Shown here in pieces: positions 18,814 through 28,263 of a DNA stretch of 64,000 nucleotides (position 1 is the stretch's first letter; the number at the start of each line of letters is the position of its first letter). A program made the translations under genes and the position numbers. The DNA is from an uncultured bacterium. Lineage in GTDB: Bacteria; Fidelibacterota; Marinisomatia; Marinisomatales; UBA1611. Location of the stretch: the NCBI GenBank assembly GCA_965660855.1, contig CBFIBM010000008.1:1-64000 (forward strand), in the 5' to 3' direction. The notes beneath the pieces were generated by a model. It saw nothing but the letters and a program-made list of their open reading frames with translations, was not told the DNA's origin and did not search any database.

Positions 18814-21780
18814 ATGTTAAAACAAGCACCAAACAAAAAACAAAAGGAGGCAATAACTCACCCTCCTTCACCATTAATGATTCTGGCTGGCGCTGGTACC
18901 GGAAAGACCTTTACCCTTGAATCAAGAATCATTTATATGATTAAAAAATTTAATGTTAATCCAAATCATATTTTAGGAATCACTTATACTGAAAAAGGTG
19001 CAAATGAATTAAAAAGTAGAATTGTAAAGCAGATAGGCAAGAAAGGAGAGGCTTTAACAATTAATACCTTCCATTCATTTTGCTTTAAGATTTTAAAAGA
19101 ATATACTCCTTTAGCATCAATGCAACTATTAGAAGAAAGTGAAGCGATTCATTTATTTTTAGAAAGGTTTGATGAGCTCGGTCCTTTCAAATCAGATGAA
19201 TTTGCCATGGATCCTCAAAATGCTATAGTTTCAAGTTTTATTCCATTTTTTAACAGAATGAGAGATGAGTTAATAGAAATCTCAAATCTTAGTATAAAGC
19301 ATAATGAAAATGATAGTAGTCAAGAAATTCACAATCAGTTAATAGATTTAAAAAGAATTTATCCTATTTTTCAAAAATGGAAGCAGAACATCAATGTAAT
19401 TGATTATGGAGATATGATCCTTTCTTGCTATGAATTACTTAAATCAAATAAAAAAATTCTATCTTTAATTCAAAGGAAGTATCGGAACATTATTATTGAT
19501 GAATTTCAGGATAACAATTTTGCATTAAATGAGATAATTAATTTAATTGTTGGAGAAAGAAAGCACCTAACTGTTGTAGGAGATGATGATCAAGTTATCT
19601 ATAGTTTTCGTGGTGCAAATATGTATAATATAAAATCATTTCAAAATAAGTATAAAGAAAATAACAATTTTAAATTTGTAACTCTTGAAAAAAATTACAG
19701 ATCTAACCAAGCTATTCTTGACCTTGCAAATTCATCAATTATAAATAACATCGAAAGAATGGATAAAACATTAAAATCTAATTTAGATTTTAATAATCAA
19801 AAACCAATACGGTTTTGGGGTGAAAAAAAAGAGCAGTTAAATTTTCTTGTTCATGAAATAAAATCATTAAAAAGTGAAGGTATTTCTTTAACTGATATTG
19901 CTATTTTATGCCGAACACACAATCAATGTTCGCAAATAAACAATGTACTCCAGAAATCTGGAATTGTAATACAACCTCAGTATAGTTCTTTTTTTCAAAT
20001 CAAGAAAATACGTGACATTATTTCATGGTCACAAGTTATCGCAAATGGAACTCTCATGGATTCTGCCTTATATCGTTTGATATCGGAAAAATGTGGTTAT
20101 AAGATTACTAATAAGATTTTTTCAAAATTTGAATTTAAAAATTTAAAATCAAGGTTTGATTTAATATCTAAAGATAAAATGTTAATAAAAGAGAATGTTC
20201 AATTATCCAATTTGGTCAATCAAATTTTTGTTTTTAAAAAGTTATTACCAAAAATGTCTGCTAGTGAAATGATATGGGAGATTGTTGAAAAAACAAATAT
20301 CCTAACTTCAATTGGAAATTATTATTCACTAAACAATAAATTTATCCTTCTCAACGTTGGGCATTTGTTAAAAAGATCTCAAAACTTTACCAAAAGAAAT
20401 AAAAATAAATCTTCCCTTTACTCTTTTAACAAATATATTGAAACTCTCATGAAAACTGGTGGAATACCATCAATCAAGCCTATTCAATCTCGAAAAAGGA
20501 ATGGTGTATATGTAAATACAATACATGGAGTAAAAGGTGGTGAATTTCCTGTTGTTTTTCTTCCATTTTTACGATCTTCAAGCTTTCCACTATCGTTTCG
20601 AAAACAAAAACTTGTTGATAAACCTCCAGATGATTGGTTGAAATATATTCAAACAACTGATCTAACAGATAGAGAGCACCACCTTCAAGAAGAAAGAAGA
20701 TTGTTTTATGTAGCAATTACAAGGGCAAAAGAAAAATTATATCTACTGACACCAACAAAAGCAACTTCTAAATTAGTCAAAGAATTACCTGATCATTTAA
20801 TTGAGGATAAGAATATGAAAATTATAGATGAAAAAGAATATCAAACCTATTCAAACCTAAGAGTTAAATACGAAAATCTAATTCAAAATGCTTTAATTGA
20901 AGAAATGTATGATGAAGTTATCAACTTATCAAATGCTTTAAGAGCTATTAAAAAATATGAAAATGGCGAAAAACTTAGTCTAGGAAATCAAATTTGGGAA
21001 AAAAACCTAAAGAAAGATTTGAAGAAACCTTTTCAACCTGATATTCCAGAAACTATTTTTCTATCTGCTAGTTCAATTGAGACATATAAAACTTGTCCAC
21101 TTAAATTTCGATTTTCTAAAATTGATGGTTTACCACAAAATGCAAAAAAGCCACAATTAATTTTTGGAAATATTATTCATAAAGTTCTTCAACGATTTCA
21201 TGAACCAAATAAAGAAATTTCATCTAATCGTATTACTAGATTATTAGTTGAAGAATGGAAAAAAGATGATTTTGATTATCAAGTCAGAGAAGAAAAATTT
21301 AAGGAACAGGGAATCAAAATTTTAGAAAAATATGTTGAAAATATTATTAAAAACGTTCCTGAAGTCATTAAAACTGAAGAACAATTCAGTTTTGATATTG
21401 GACCCATAACCATAAGAGGTGCGATTGATAGAATTGATAAAATTGATGAGGGCTTAGAAATAATTGATTATAAAACTAGCAAGACACCTTCTTCAGCAAA
21501 GAATAGTCTTCAATTAGCAATTTATTCTATGTATCTAGAACAATTGGACGATTCAGATTTAGGTGGGATACCATATAAATCTTCATTTTATTTTCTCAGA
21601 GATGAAGAAGATCCAATAAAAAGCCATTCATTTAGTAAAGATCAAATAGCTGATGCTAAAGAAATTATAATCGAAGTAGCTGCCGGAATAAAAAATAAAA
21701 AATTTGATTCAAAAACAGGAAAACATTGTGACTGGTGTGACTATAAAGCTTTAGCTTGTCCAGCTTGGGAAAAAATCTAG
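18814..21780 (+). CDS. UvrD/PcrA-family helicase fused to a RecB-like PD-(D/E)XK nuclease with Fe-S cysteines
   Basis: AGAGTGKT, IIDEFQD, VGDDDQVIYSFRGA, NYRS, TIHGVKGGEF, EERRLFYVAITRA; SASS..TCP, IDRID..IDYKT, QLAIY, CDWC..ACP. Confidence 0.93.
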   Translation: MLKQAPNKKQKEAITHPPSPLMILAGAGTGKTFTLESRIIYMIKKFNVNPNHILGITYTEKGANELKSRIVKQIGKKGEALTINTFHSFCFKILKEYTPLASMQLLEESEAIHLFLERFDELGPFKSDEFAMDPQNAIVSSFIPFFNRMRDELIEISNLSIKHNENDSSQEIHNQLIDLKRIYPIFQKWKQNINVIDYGDMILSCYELLKSNKKILSLIQRKYRNIIIDEFQDNNFALNEIINLIVGERKHLTVVGDDDQVIYSFRGANMYNIKSFQNKYKENNNFKFVTLEKNYRSNQAILDLANSSIINNIERMDKTLKSNLDFNNQKPIRFWGEKKEQLNFLVHEIKSLKSEGISLTDIAILCRTHNQCSQINNVLQKSGIVIQPQYSSFFQIKKIRDIISWSQVIANGTLMDSALYRLISEKCGYKITNKIFSKFEFKNLKSRFDLISKDKMLIKENVQLSNLVNQIFVFKKLLPKMSASEMIWEIVEKTNILTSIGNYYSLNNKFILLNVGHLLKRSQNFTKRNKNKSSLYSFNKYIETLMKTGGIPSIKPIQSRKRNGVYVNTIHGVKGGEFPVVFLPFLRSSSFPLSFRKQKLVDKPPDDWLKYIQTTDLTDREHHLQEERRLFYVAITRAKEKLYLLTPTKATSKLVKELPDHLIEDKNMKIIDEKEYQTYSNLRVKYENLIQNALIEEMYDEVINLSNALRAIKKYENGEKLSLGNQIWEKNLKKDLKKPFQPDIPETIFLSASSIETYKTCPLKFRFSKIDGLPQNAKKPQLIFGNIIHKVLQRFHEPNKEISSNRITRLLVEEWKKDDFDYQVREEKFKEQGIKILEKYVENIIKNVPEVIKTEEQFSFDIGPITIRGAIDRIDKIDEGLEIIDYKTSKTPSSAKNSLQLAIYSMYLEQLDDSDLGGIPYKSSFYFLRDEEDPIKSHSFSKDQIADAKEIIIEVAAGIKNKKFDSKTGKHCDWCDYKALACPAWEKI

Positions 21781-21841
21781 AGTAAATTTTCCTATTTCTT
21801 CCATAAAGAACTAATTTATAAGTAAAAACTAAAAATTAATT

Positions 21842-22276
21842 TTATTGTAGTTTTAATAATTGATATTCAATTCTTCCTGAAAATTTGTTTGCATCAAATG
21901 AAAAGTTATTGGGTAAACCAAAATTCAAAATAGTATCAATTTCACTCGATACTATTTCGTTAAAGATTTGAATATAAAACAAAGTATCATTTTCTTCATT
22001 TTTAAGCAAAAGGTGGGTTGTATCTAAAGAATTAATATTCAAATCTTTTACTATTAAAGTAGACAAAATTTTATCAGATTCTATTAATAAAAGATTTAAA
22101 TCCCATTTATTATACTCAGTAAAATCATCTCCAAAAATTGAAAATGAAAAATAATCACTCTCATTCATGATTGCAGGCTTATTTTCTAATAATCCATCAG
22201 AATATTCCGGAGGAGAAACACATGAAATGGTAAATATCATTAAAAATATAAAAAAATAAATAATATTATTCATCAT
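21842..22276 (-). CDS. Hypothetical lipoprotein
   Basis: Hydrophobic leader with TISC lipobox-like site; overlaps the end of rmuC. Confidence 0.7.
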   Translation of the reverse strand: MMNNIIYFFIFLMIFTISCVSPPEYSDGLLENKPAIMNESDYFSFSIFGDDFTEYNKWDLNLLLIESDKILSTLIVKDLNINSLDTTHLLLKNEENDTLFYIQIFNEIVSSEIDTILNFGLPNNFSFDANKFSGRIEYQLLKLQ

Positions 22277-23396
22277 TTGGATCCAATTCTTTTATTTGTT
22301 TGCCTAATTGTAATTTAGAAATCTTATTCATTGGTTTTTCTAAAGCTCTAAAACGAGGTCCTTTCAAATCTTCATAATGATTAGAAATTATATTTATAGA
22401 TTTACCCAGTACATCAATCTTTCCTGTAAATTTCTCCCATTGATTTTTAAAAACACCAACTAATTCTTGCATTTCACCAGCTTTTTGTTCCATTGCAAAA
22501 TTAGAAACAGCCTGTCTGATTAATGATAATATCGCGTAAAGTGTTATAGGTGAGCATAACATAATTTTATTTTCTAATGAATAATCGATTAATGAATTAT
22601 CCTCCTGATTTAAAAAAGAATATATACCCTCATTTGGTATAAAAAGTAAAACATAGTCAACTGTTGAACCTTCCGGATCAATATAGGATCTTTTTGAGAC
22701 TTCTTTCACTCTGTTTCTCACATCCTTAAGAAATGCTTTTTTTTCTACATTTTTATCTTTTTCATTATCGGAAGCAATGTATTTCTCATAGTGGGCAAGA
22801 GGAAATTTAACATCCATATTTAACATTTTTTTATCAGGAAGAAAAAAAGTGAAATCGGGTCTATCAGAACCAGATTGCACCTGTTGTTTATAATTAATTC
22901 CTTCCGTTAGACCAATGAAATCAAGAATGTCTTCAACCATTCTTTCCCCCCACTGCCCCCTTGATTGGGAACTTGAAAGAATTTGCCGAAGCTTTGAAGT
23001 TGTATCGGATAATTCTCCAACACTTTTTCTTGACTCTTCCATTTGAGATTTAAGCGCAACAGTATTTTCAGACAAACTCTTTAGGTCATCTTTCATTTCT
23101 TTCAGAGTACTATCAATTAATTCCTTTTTTTTACCTAGTTGCTCATCTGATTTTCCAAGAAGTGATGAAAATTTATCTTCAGCAAGCTCAAGAAATTTTC
23201 TTTGATTATCTACAAGGGCTTCATTCGATAATGCACCAAATTTTGTTTCTAACTGTTCTTGGTTTTTTTCAAAAGTTTCTTCTAAGTATTTTTGATTTTT
23301 TTGATATGAATTAATCTCTTTTTCACGCAAAAACCAAACGGATATAGCTCCAATAGCAAGACCAACTAAAAATAATAGTACTCCGTCAAACCCCAT
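22266..23396 (-). CDS. rmuC: DNA recombination protein RmuC
   Basis: N-terminal TM plus coiled coil; RGQWGE, RPD..LP, DVKFPL, LFIPNEG, SPITL. Confidence 0.95.
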   Translation of the reverse strand: MGFDGVLLFLVGLAIGAISVWFLREKEINSYQKNQKYLEETFEKNQEQLETKFGALSNEALVDNQRKFLELAEDKFSSLLGKSDEQLGKKKELIDSTLKEMKDDLKSLSENTVALKSQMEESRKSVGELSDTTSKLRQILSSSQSRGQWGERMVEDILDFIGLTEGINYKQQVQSGSDRPDFTFFLPDKKMLNMDVKFPLAHYEKYIASDNEKDKNVEKKAFLKDVRNRVKEVSKRSYIDPEGSTVDYVLLFIPNEGIYSFLNQEDNSLIDYSLENKIMLCSPITLYAILSLIRQAVSNFAMEQKAGEMQELVGVFKNQWEKFTGKIDVLGKSINIISNHYEDLKGPRFRALEKPMNKISKLQLGKQIKELDPNDE

Positions 23397-23400
23397 ATCT

Positions 23401-24723
23401 TTACAAGGTTAAAGAAAAAGAGTCAACCAATATTCCAGGGCATGAAGTTGCGCCTAGCGAGCGACCACCATAAGTACCGACTTCGGGATTAGTGTATAAT
23501 CTATCTTCGACTTCAGACAATTCATCACCAAAAAACCTATAAAAAGAATCGTCAAATCTCATGGTTTCAATTGGTGCAACAATTTCACCACCTTCTACCC
23601 AAAAACATGCATATCTGGTAAGTCCTGTTATGCGACCTCCTGGATTGTCGCTCCAGTTAAGGTAATGAATATTCGATAGGAATAGACCTTTATCAAGTTT
23701 TTTAACTACATCATTATGATTTAAATCTCCAGTTTCCATTCTTGGAGATCTTAAATATTCTCCAGTTTCAGCATAATTTGATTTTAAACCATATTCTTTA
23801 GCTGATCTTGAACTAACTAATGTATTTTTTAAATTGCCATTTTTAATAAGGGATAACTCGTTGGATGCCACCTCACCATCAGAATTAAACTTAGGACAGT
23901 ATCCAGGAGAAAAATCTTCTAAAATTGAAAATTTTGGAGATAAAGTTATATCATTATGTCTCATTTTTCCAAAGCCACTACAACCTTGTCTTAAAGAAGC
24001 TTCACTAATACCATTCCAAGAAAACATACCTAAAAAATCTGAAACTGCAGCTGATTCGAACCAAGTCCTGTAATCTCCCGTTTTCATTTTGATTGGCTTT
24101 CTTTCCATAAGAGATAATTTTTCTTTACTTCTATTAACATATTCTTCATAATCATTTTGATTCCAATCGTTACCTGAAAATGAACCTTTTACCATTTGAT
24201 GATTTTGAGTTACTAATGAATAATCTAAGTTATAAGTATCTGTTTCAAACCAATGATTTTGCCCCTTACTGTTTGCATTTCCTCTAAACATTTTTCCATT
24301 AGAAAAAATTCCAACAAAATCAACCTCAGACATCACAGGTAAAATCGCATCAACAGAATCTTCAAACATTAGTCCATTTGAGGATTTTTTCTCAATACTA
24401 GATCCCAAATTTTTTGGTAAAACTAAAAAAGGATCTTCTGGTAATTCTTTAACTTCTTCACGAAGCCTTGCGATCTCATTTCTTCCTCTTTTAAAATCAA
24501 GATCTTTTTTACCTGATATTGTAAATCCACCACTGGAAATTCGATTATTAGAAATAAATTTTAATTCTAATTCCGCATCATCTACAAGGCCCGTTTGCCG
24601 AACTGAAGCATTGTTGAAACGTATAAATTGACTATTTTCTCCTGATAATGAGAGTATTAAATCCTCTTCCTTGTTCAATTGACTAAATAATAATTCACTT
24701 ATATTTTTAAACTCCTTTTCCAC
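23401..24723 (-). CDS. tldE: TldE/PmbA-family non-catalytic subunit
   Basis: IRFNNA, HYLNWSD, TGLTRYACFWVEGGEI, MRFDDS; coupled to tldD. Confidence 0.88.
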   Translation of the reverse strand: MEKEFKNISELLFSQLNKEEDLILSLSGENSQFIRFNNASVRQTGLVDDAELELKFISNNRISSGGFTISGKKDLDFKRGRNEIARLREEVKELPEDPFLVLPKNLGSSIEKKSSNGLMFEDSVDAILPVMSEVDFVGIFSNGKMFRGNANSKGQNHWFETDTYNLDYSLVTQNHQMVKGSFSGNDWNQNDYEEYVNRSKEKLSLMERKPIKMKTGDYRTWFESAAVSDFLGMFSWNGISEASLRQGCSGFGKMRHNDITLSPKFSILEDFSPGYCPKFNSDGEVASNELSLIKNGNLKNTLVSSRSAKEYGLKSNYAETGEYLRSPRMETGDLNHNDVVKKLDKGLFLSNIHYLNWSDNPGGRITGLTRYACFWVEGGEIVAPIETMRFDDSFYRFFGDELSEVEDRLYTNPEVGTYGGRSLGATSCPGILVDSFSLTL

Positions 24724-26165
24724 TAGACTCCTCCAAAGACTTGAATTTTATCAAAAAGACATGCTGGAGATGCGTGACCAACTCTTATCACCTGATTTGG
24801 TTCACCTTTACCACAATTAGGTGTTCCATATATTCCAAATGTGTCAGTATCCCCTACTCCTTTCAAACTATTCCAAAAAGGAGTTGAGATTCCTCGATAG
24901 TTTGGATTTTTAAGAGTTTTTGTTAATTTTCCATTTTCTATTAATTTTCCATATTCACAACCAAATTGAAATTTATTTCTATAGTCATCGATTGACCAAG
25001 ATTTGTTGCTTTCAACATATACACCAAGTTCCACTTGACTAATTAAATCATCAAAACTTTTATCTCCTGGTTCTAAATTAATATTAGCCATTCTATCAAT
25101 AGGCGCTCTGTTCCAACTGCTCGCTCTAAAATTAGCAACACCATCTAAACCTGATCTTATTTGACTTTCCTGACCTCCAAGACCTCTTACTAGTAACCCA
25201 TCTTTAATTAAATATTCTTTAGTTGCTTTCAACCCTCCATCATCAAATGCATAAGATGCAAATTCTGATTCTAATGTTGGGTCAAATGTTATATTCATTA
25301 AATCAGAACCATATTTTAAAGAACCAAAATCTTCTAATTTAACAAAACTCCATCCGGCATAATTTCTTTCATCACCCAAAATTCTATCTACTTCAAGAGC
25401 ATGACCAATACTTTCATGAATTTGCAACATCATTTGGTCTGGAGCTATAACTAAATCCATTTCTCCTGTAGGACATTCTTCTGCATCTAAAAGCTCTATT
25501 GCTTGCGAACCAATTCTATTTGCATTCGCATAGATTTCATATTTATCAAAATATTCCATTCCCATTTGCCTACACGTACCTCTCATACCCCCAAATGTTC
25601 GAGTTTGTTGGTTTGCACCATCAGCTGCAGTTGCACTCAGGTCAAATTCAAACATCAAAAACTCTTGATTAATATCGCTGCCATTAGAACTAACAAAATT
25701 AAAATTTGATTCAATTACTTGACAAAGTGATGAAGCACTAACAATTTTTTCATTTACTTTGAGATGTTGATATGCTTCCAGTAAAATCTCATTTAACTGA
25801 CCCGCAGATAGAGATTGCTTATTTTTTATATAAGGAGATTTATAAGCTCCTTGATGAGGCGGTCTAGCTGTTAAATCAAAAGAATGTACTGCATGTTTTG
25901 AGGCAATTTTTGCTTGGTCAAATGCTTTTCTTGCAGCACTAGATATACCCTCTGAAGTCATTTTTGGAGTACCATAATAGCCAAATTGTCCATCAATTAG
26001 TATCTCAACCATTATTCCGTGTGTATATGAGGTTGAATTCATAACTGGAACTCCATCTCTTATCATTCTAGGCGTATGAACCTCATAAACTTCTCTTAAT
26101 CCGACCCAATCCGCAGGAACATCAATTGAACCTAATAGATTTTTTATATCTATATCTAATTTCAT
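24723..26165 (-). CDS. tldD: TldD metalloprotease
   Basis: HESIGHALE, DRMANINL, WSIDD, CGKGEP. Confidence 0.95.
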   Translation of the reverse strand: MKLDIDIKNLLGSIDVPADWVGLREVYEVHTPRMIRDGVPVMNSTSYTHGIMVEILIDGQFGYYGTPKMTSEGISSAARKAFDQAKIASKHAVHSFDLTARPPHQGAYKSPYIKNKQSLSAGQLNEILLEAYQHLKVNEKIVSASSLCQVIESNFNFVSSNGSDINQEFLMFEFDLSATAADGANQQTRTFGGMRGTCRQMGMEYFDKYEIYANANRIGSQAIELLDAEECPTGEMDLVIAPDQMMLQIHESIGHALEVDRILGDERNYAGWSFVKLEDFGSLKYGSDLMNITFDPTLESEFASYAFDDGGLKATKEYLIKDGLLVRGLGGQESQIRSGLDGVANFRASSWNRAPIDRMANINLEPGDKSFDDLISQVELGVYVESNKSWSIDDYRNKFQFGCEYGKLIENGKLTKTLKNPNYRGISTPFWNSLKGVGDTDTFGIYGTPNCGKGEPNQVIRVGHASPACLFDKIQVFGGV

Positions 26166-26309
26166 AATTAATCTCTTTATATATATTAGTAAAAATATTT
26201 ATTAAATATCATCATTAACTTATTAATCAAAAAAACTAATACCAATGAATTCATCGAATTAAAATTTAAAAATATATTTTAATATGCCAATAAGGCGTTC
26301 TTAGGCGTA

Positions 26310-26387
26310 TTGACTTCGGTTAAGTATGTCATATAGTCACTATAGTATGTTAAATTCTATCATTTTTTTTATTGGTTCGTTTTTTGA
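26310..26387 (+). promoter_or_regulatory. Candidate hsp20 promoters (sigma70-like and sigma54-like)
   Basis: TTGACT(26310)-N16-TATAGT(26332); TTGGTTCGTTTTTTGA at 26372-26387 with GG-N10-GA spacing. Confidence 0.45.
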
Positions 26388-26429
26388 AGATCAAAGATAA
26401 TCAATTAATTTTAATAATGAGGATTAAAA

Positions 26430-26867
26430 ATGAACTACATAACATTAAATGATTTTCCTAACGATAGAGTTAACAATATACACCATGTATTAGATGATTT
26501 TTTCAAAAATGATTGGTCTTTTAAAAGGAATAAAAAAAGTTTCAATCCAATTTTTGATATAATCGAAGATGAAAAGAAATATGTTTTTTTATCAGAGATA
26601 CCTGGAGTCTCAAAATCTAATTTAAAGGTTGAGGTTTCTGAAAAAACGTTTAAAATAAGTGGAACAAAAAAGGCACCTGAGGAACTGAATGAAAAAACAA
26701 TATTTTTTAATAAATTTATCTTTGGTGATTTTGAAAAGACGTTTAACTTACCAGATAAAATAAATAAAAGTAAAATCGACGCTTCTTTCAATGATGGAAT
26801 TTTAAAAGTTATTTTACCAAAAGAAAAACAAGTAGAACTAAAACCTAAGCTAATAAAGATTAAATAA
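26430..26867 (+). CDS. Small heat-shock protein, Hsp20/alpha-crystallin family
   Basis: DIIEDE..EIPGV, FGDFEKTFNLP, ASFNDGILKVILPK, C-terminal IKI; GAGGA SD. Confidence 0.95.
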   Translation: MNYITLNDFPNDRVNNIHHVLDDFFKNDWSFKRNKKSFNPIFDIIEDEKKYVFLSEIPGVSKSNLKVEVSEKTFKISGTKKAPEELNEKTIFFNKFIFGDFEKTFNLPDKINKSKIDASFNDGILKVILPKEKQVELKPKLIKIK

Positions 26868-26883
26868 ACAATTTAATCAAAAT

Positions 26884-26914
26884 AAACTAGGGGGAATTAC
26901 TTCCCCCCTAGTTT
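26884..26914 (+). terminator. Rho-independent terminator after hsp20
   Basis: AAACTAGGGGG-AATTACTTC-CCCCCTAGTTT inverted repeat 16 nt after the stop. Confidence 0.85.
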
Positions 26915-27025
26915 AGTAGGTATTCTATAGTCAAAATAATATTGAATTTTTAATTAATTTTGATTTCTTTAATTAATATCCATACCTTTAATCTAAATTT
27001 TGAGTAATAATAGAATATTTAATTC

Positions 27026-28258
27026 ATGTCAAAAGTAATCAAAAACCACTTCTTCCATCTTCCCCTTGATTATTCAAATCCAAAATCTGAAAAAATTCAA
27101 ATTTTTATTAGAGAAATATCAAGAAAAGAGCATAATAAATTACCATATTTACTTTATCTTCAGGGAGGACCTGGCTACGAATCCCCAAGGCCAATATCTA
27201 GTTTAAAATGGATCGATTATGCATCAAAATTTTATAATATTCTTCTACTAGATCAGAGAGGAACAGGTAAAAGTACACAATTAAACATTCATGACTTTTC
27301 TCATGAAGAAAATAATGTTGCAGTCGAAAAGATAGCACTTTACAGAGCTGACAACATTGTCAGAGATGCTGAAGAAATTAGAAAATCACTTATTGGAAAT
27401 AAGAAATGGTCTATTTTGGGACAAAGTTTTGGTGGATTCTGCTGCGTTCATTACCTTTCTTACTATCAAGATAGCCTTGAAAAGGTATTCATTACGGGTG
27501 GTCTTCCTCCTTTAAGTGCTCATCCAGATGACATTTATAGAAAAACTTATAAGAGGGTATTTGAAAAAAATCTTTTATTTTATAAAAACTTTCCAAAAGC
27601 TCAAAAAAATGCAATAAAAATAGCAAGGTATCTACAAAAGAAAGAAACCTTTTTACCAAATGGAGATAGCCTTACAGTAAAGCGTTTTCAACAGCTTGGC
27701 CTTCAATTAGGTTTCAGCGATGGTCCTTCTAAATTAAATTATCTTTTTGAAGATGCTTTTGTAAAAGATGAGCTATCATATACATTTTTAAAAAATATTT
27801 TTTCAGAGCAATCTTTTGATACAAATCCTTTATTTACTATTTTACATGAAGCTTGTTATGCTCAAAAATTCAGTACAAATTGGTCTGCTCAAAGAATAAG
27901 AAAAGAATTTCAACAATTTAACGATGGTCATGATAATTTTTATTTTACCGGAGAAATGCTTTTCCCATGGATGATGGATGAATATAAAAATTTAAAACCG
28001 TTTAAAAATATTGCTTTGGGTTTAGCTGAAAAAAACGATTGGTCAATTTTATACGATAAAAAAATACTAAATAATAATATTGTCCCCGTCGCTGCAGCAG
28101 TTTACACTAATGATATGTATGTTGATAGAGATTATTCAATCAGAACCGCGTCCGAAATAAAAGGTCTAAAAATTTGGGAGACCAATAAATTAGAGCACAA
28201 TGGCTTAAGAAGTGACGGAATGAAGGTTTTAAAAAAACTATTTAAATTATTGAATTGA
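27026..28258 (+). CDS. pip: Proline iminopeptidase (S33 alpha/beta hydrolase)
   Basis: LQGGPG, DQRGTGKS, RADNIVRDAE, GQSFGG nucleophile, DMYV, EHNGLR. Confidence 0.92.
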   Translation: MSKVIKNHFFHLPLDYSNPKSEKIQIFIREISRKEHNKLPYLLYLQGGPGYESPRPISSLKWIDYASKFYNILLLDQRGTGKSTQLNIHDFSHEENNVAVEKIALYRADNIVRDAEEIRKSLIGNKKWSILGQSFGGFCCVHYLSYYQDSLEKVFITGGLPPLSAHPDDIYRKTYKRVFEKNLLFYKNFPKAQKNAIKIARYLQKKETFLPNGDSLTVKRFQQLGLQLGFSDGPSKLNYLFEDAFVKDELSYTFLKNIFSEQSFDTNPLFTILHEACYAQKFSTNWSAQRIRKEFQQFNDGHDNFYFTGEMLFPWMMDEYKNLKPFKNIALGLAEKNDWSILYDKKILNNNIVPVAAAVYTNDMYVDRDYSIRTASEIKGLKIWETNKLEHNGLRSDGMKVLKKLFKLLN

Positions 28259-28263
28259 CCTAT

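Noticed and set aside
18814..23396. UvrD-nuclease plus RmuC as an anti-phage defence island
   Set aside because: The genes are convergent, flanked by housekeeping genes, with no mobility or defence markers; DNA repair is the simpler reading.
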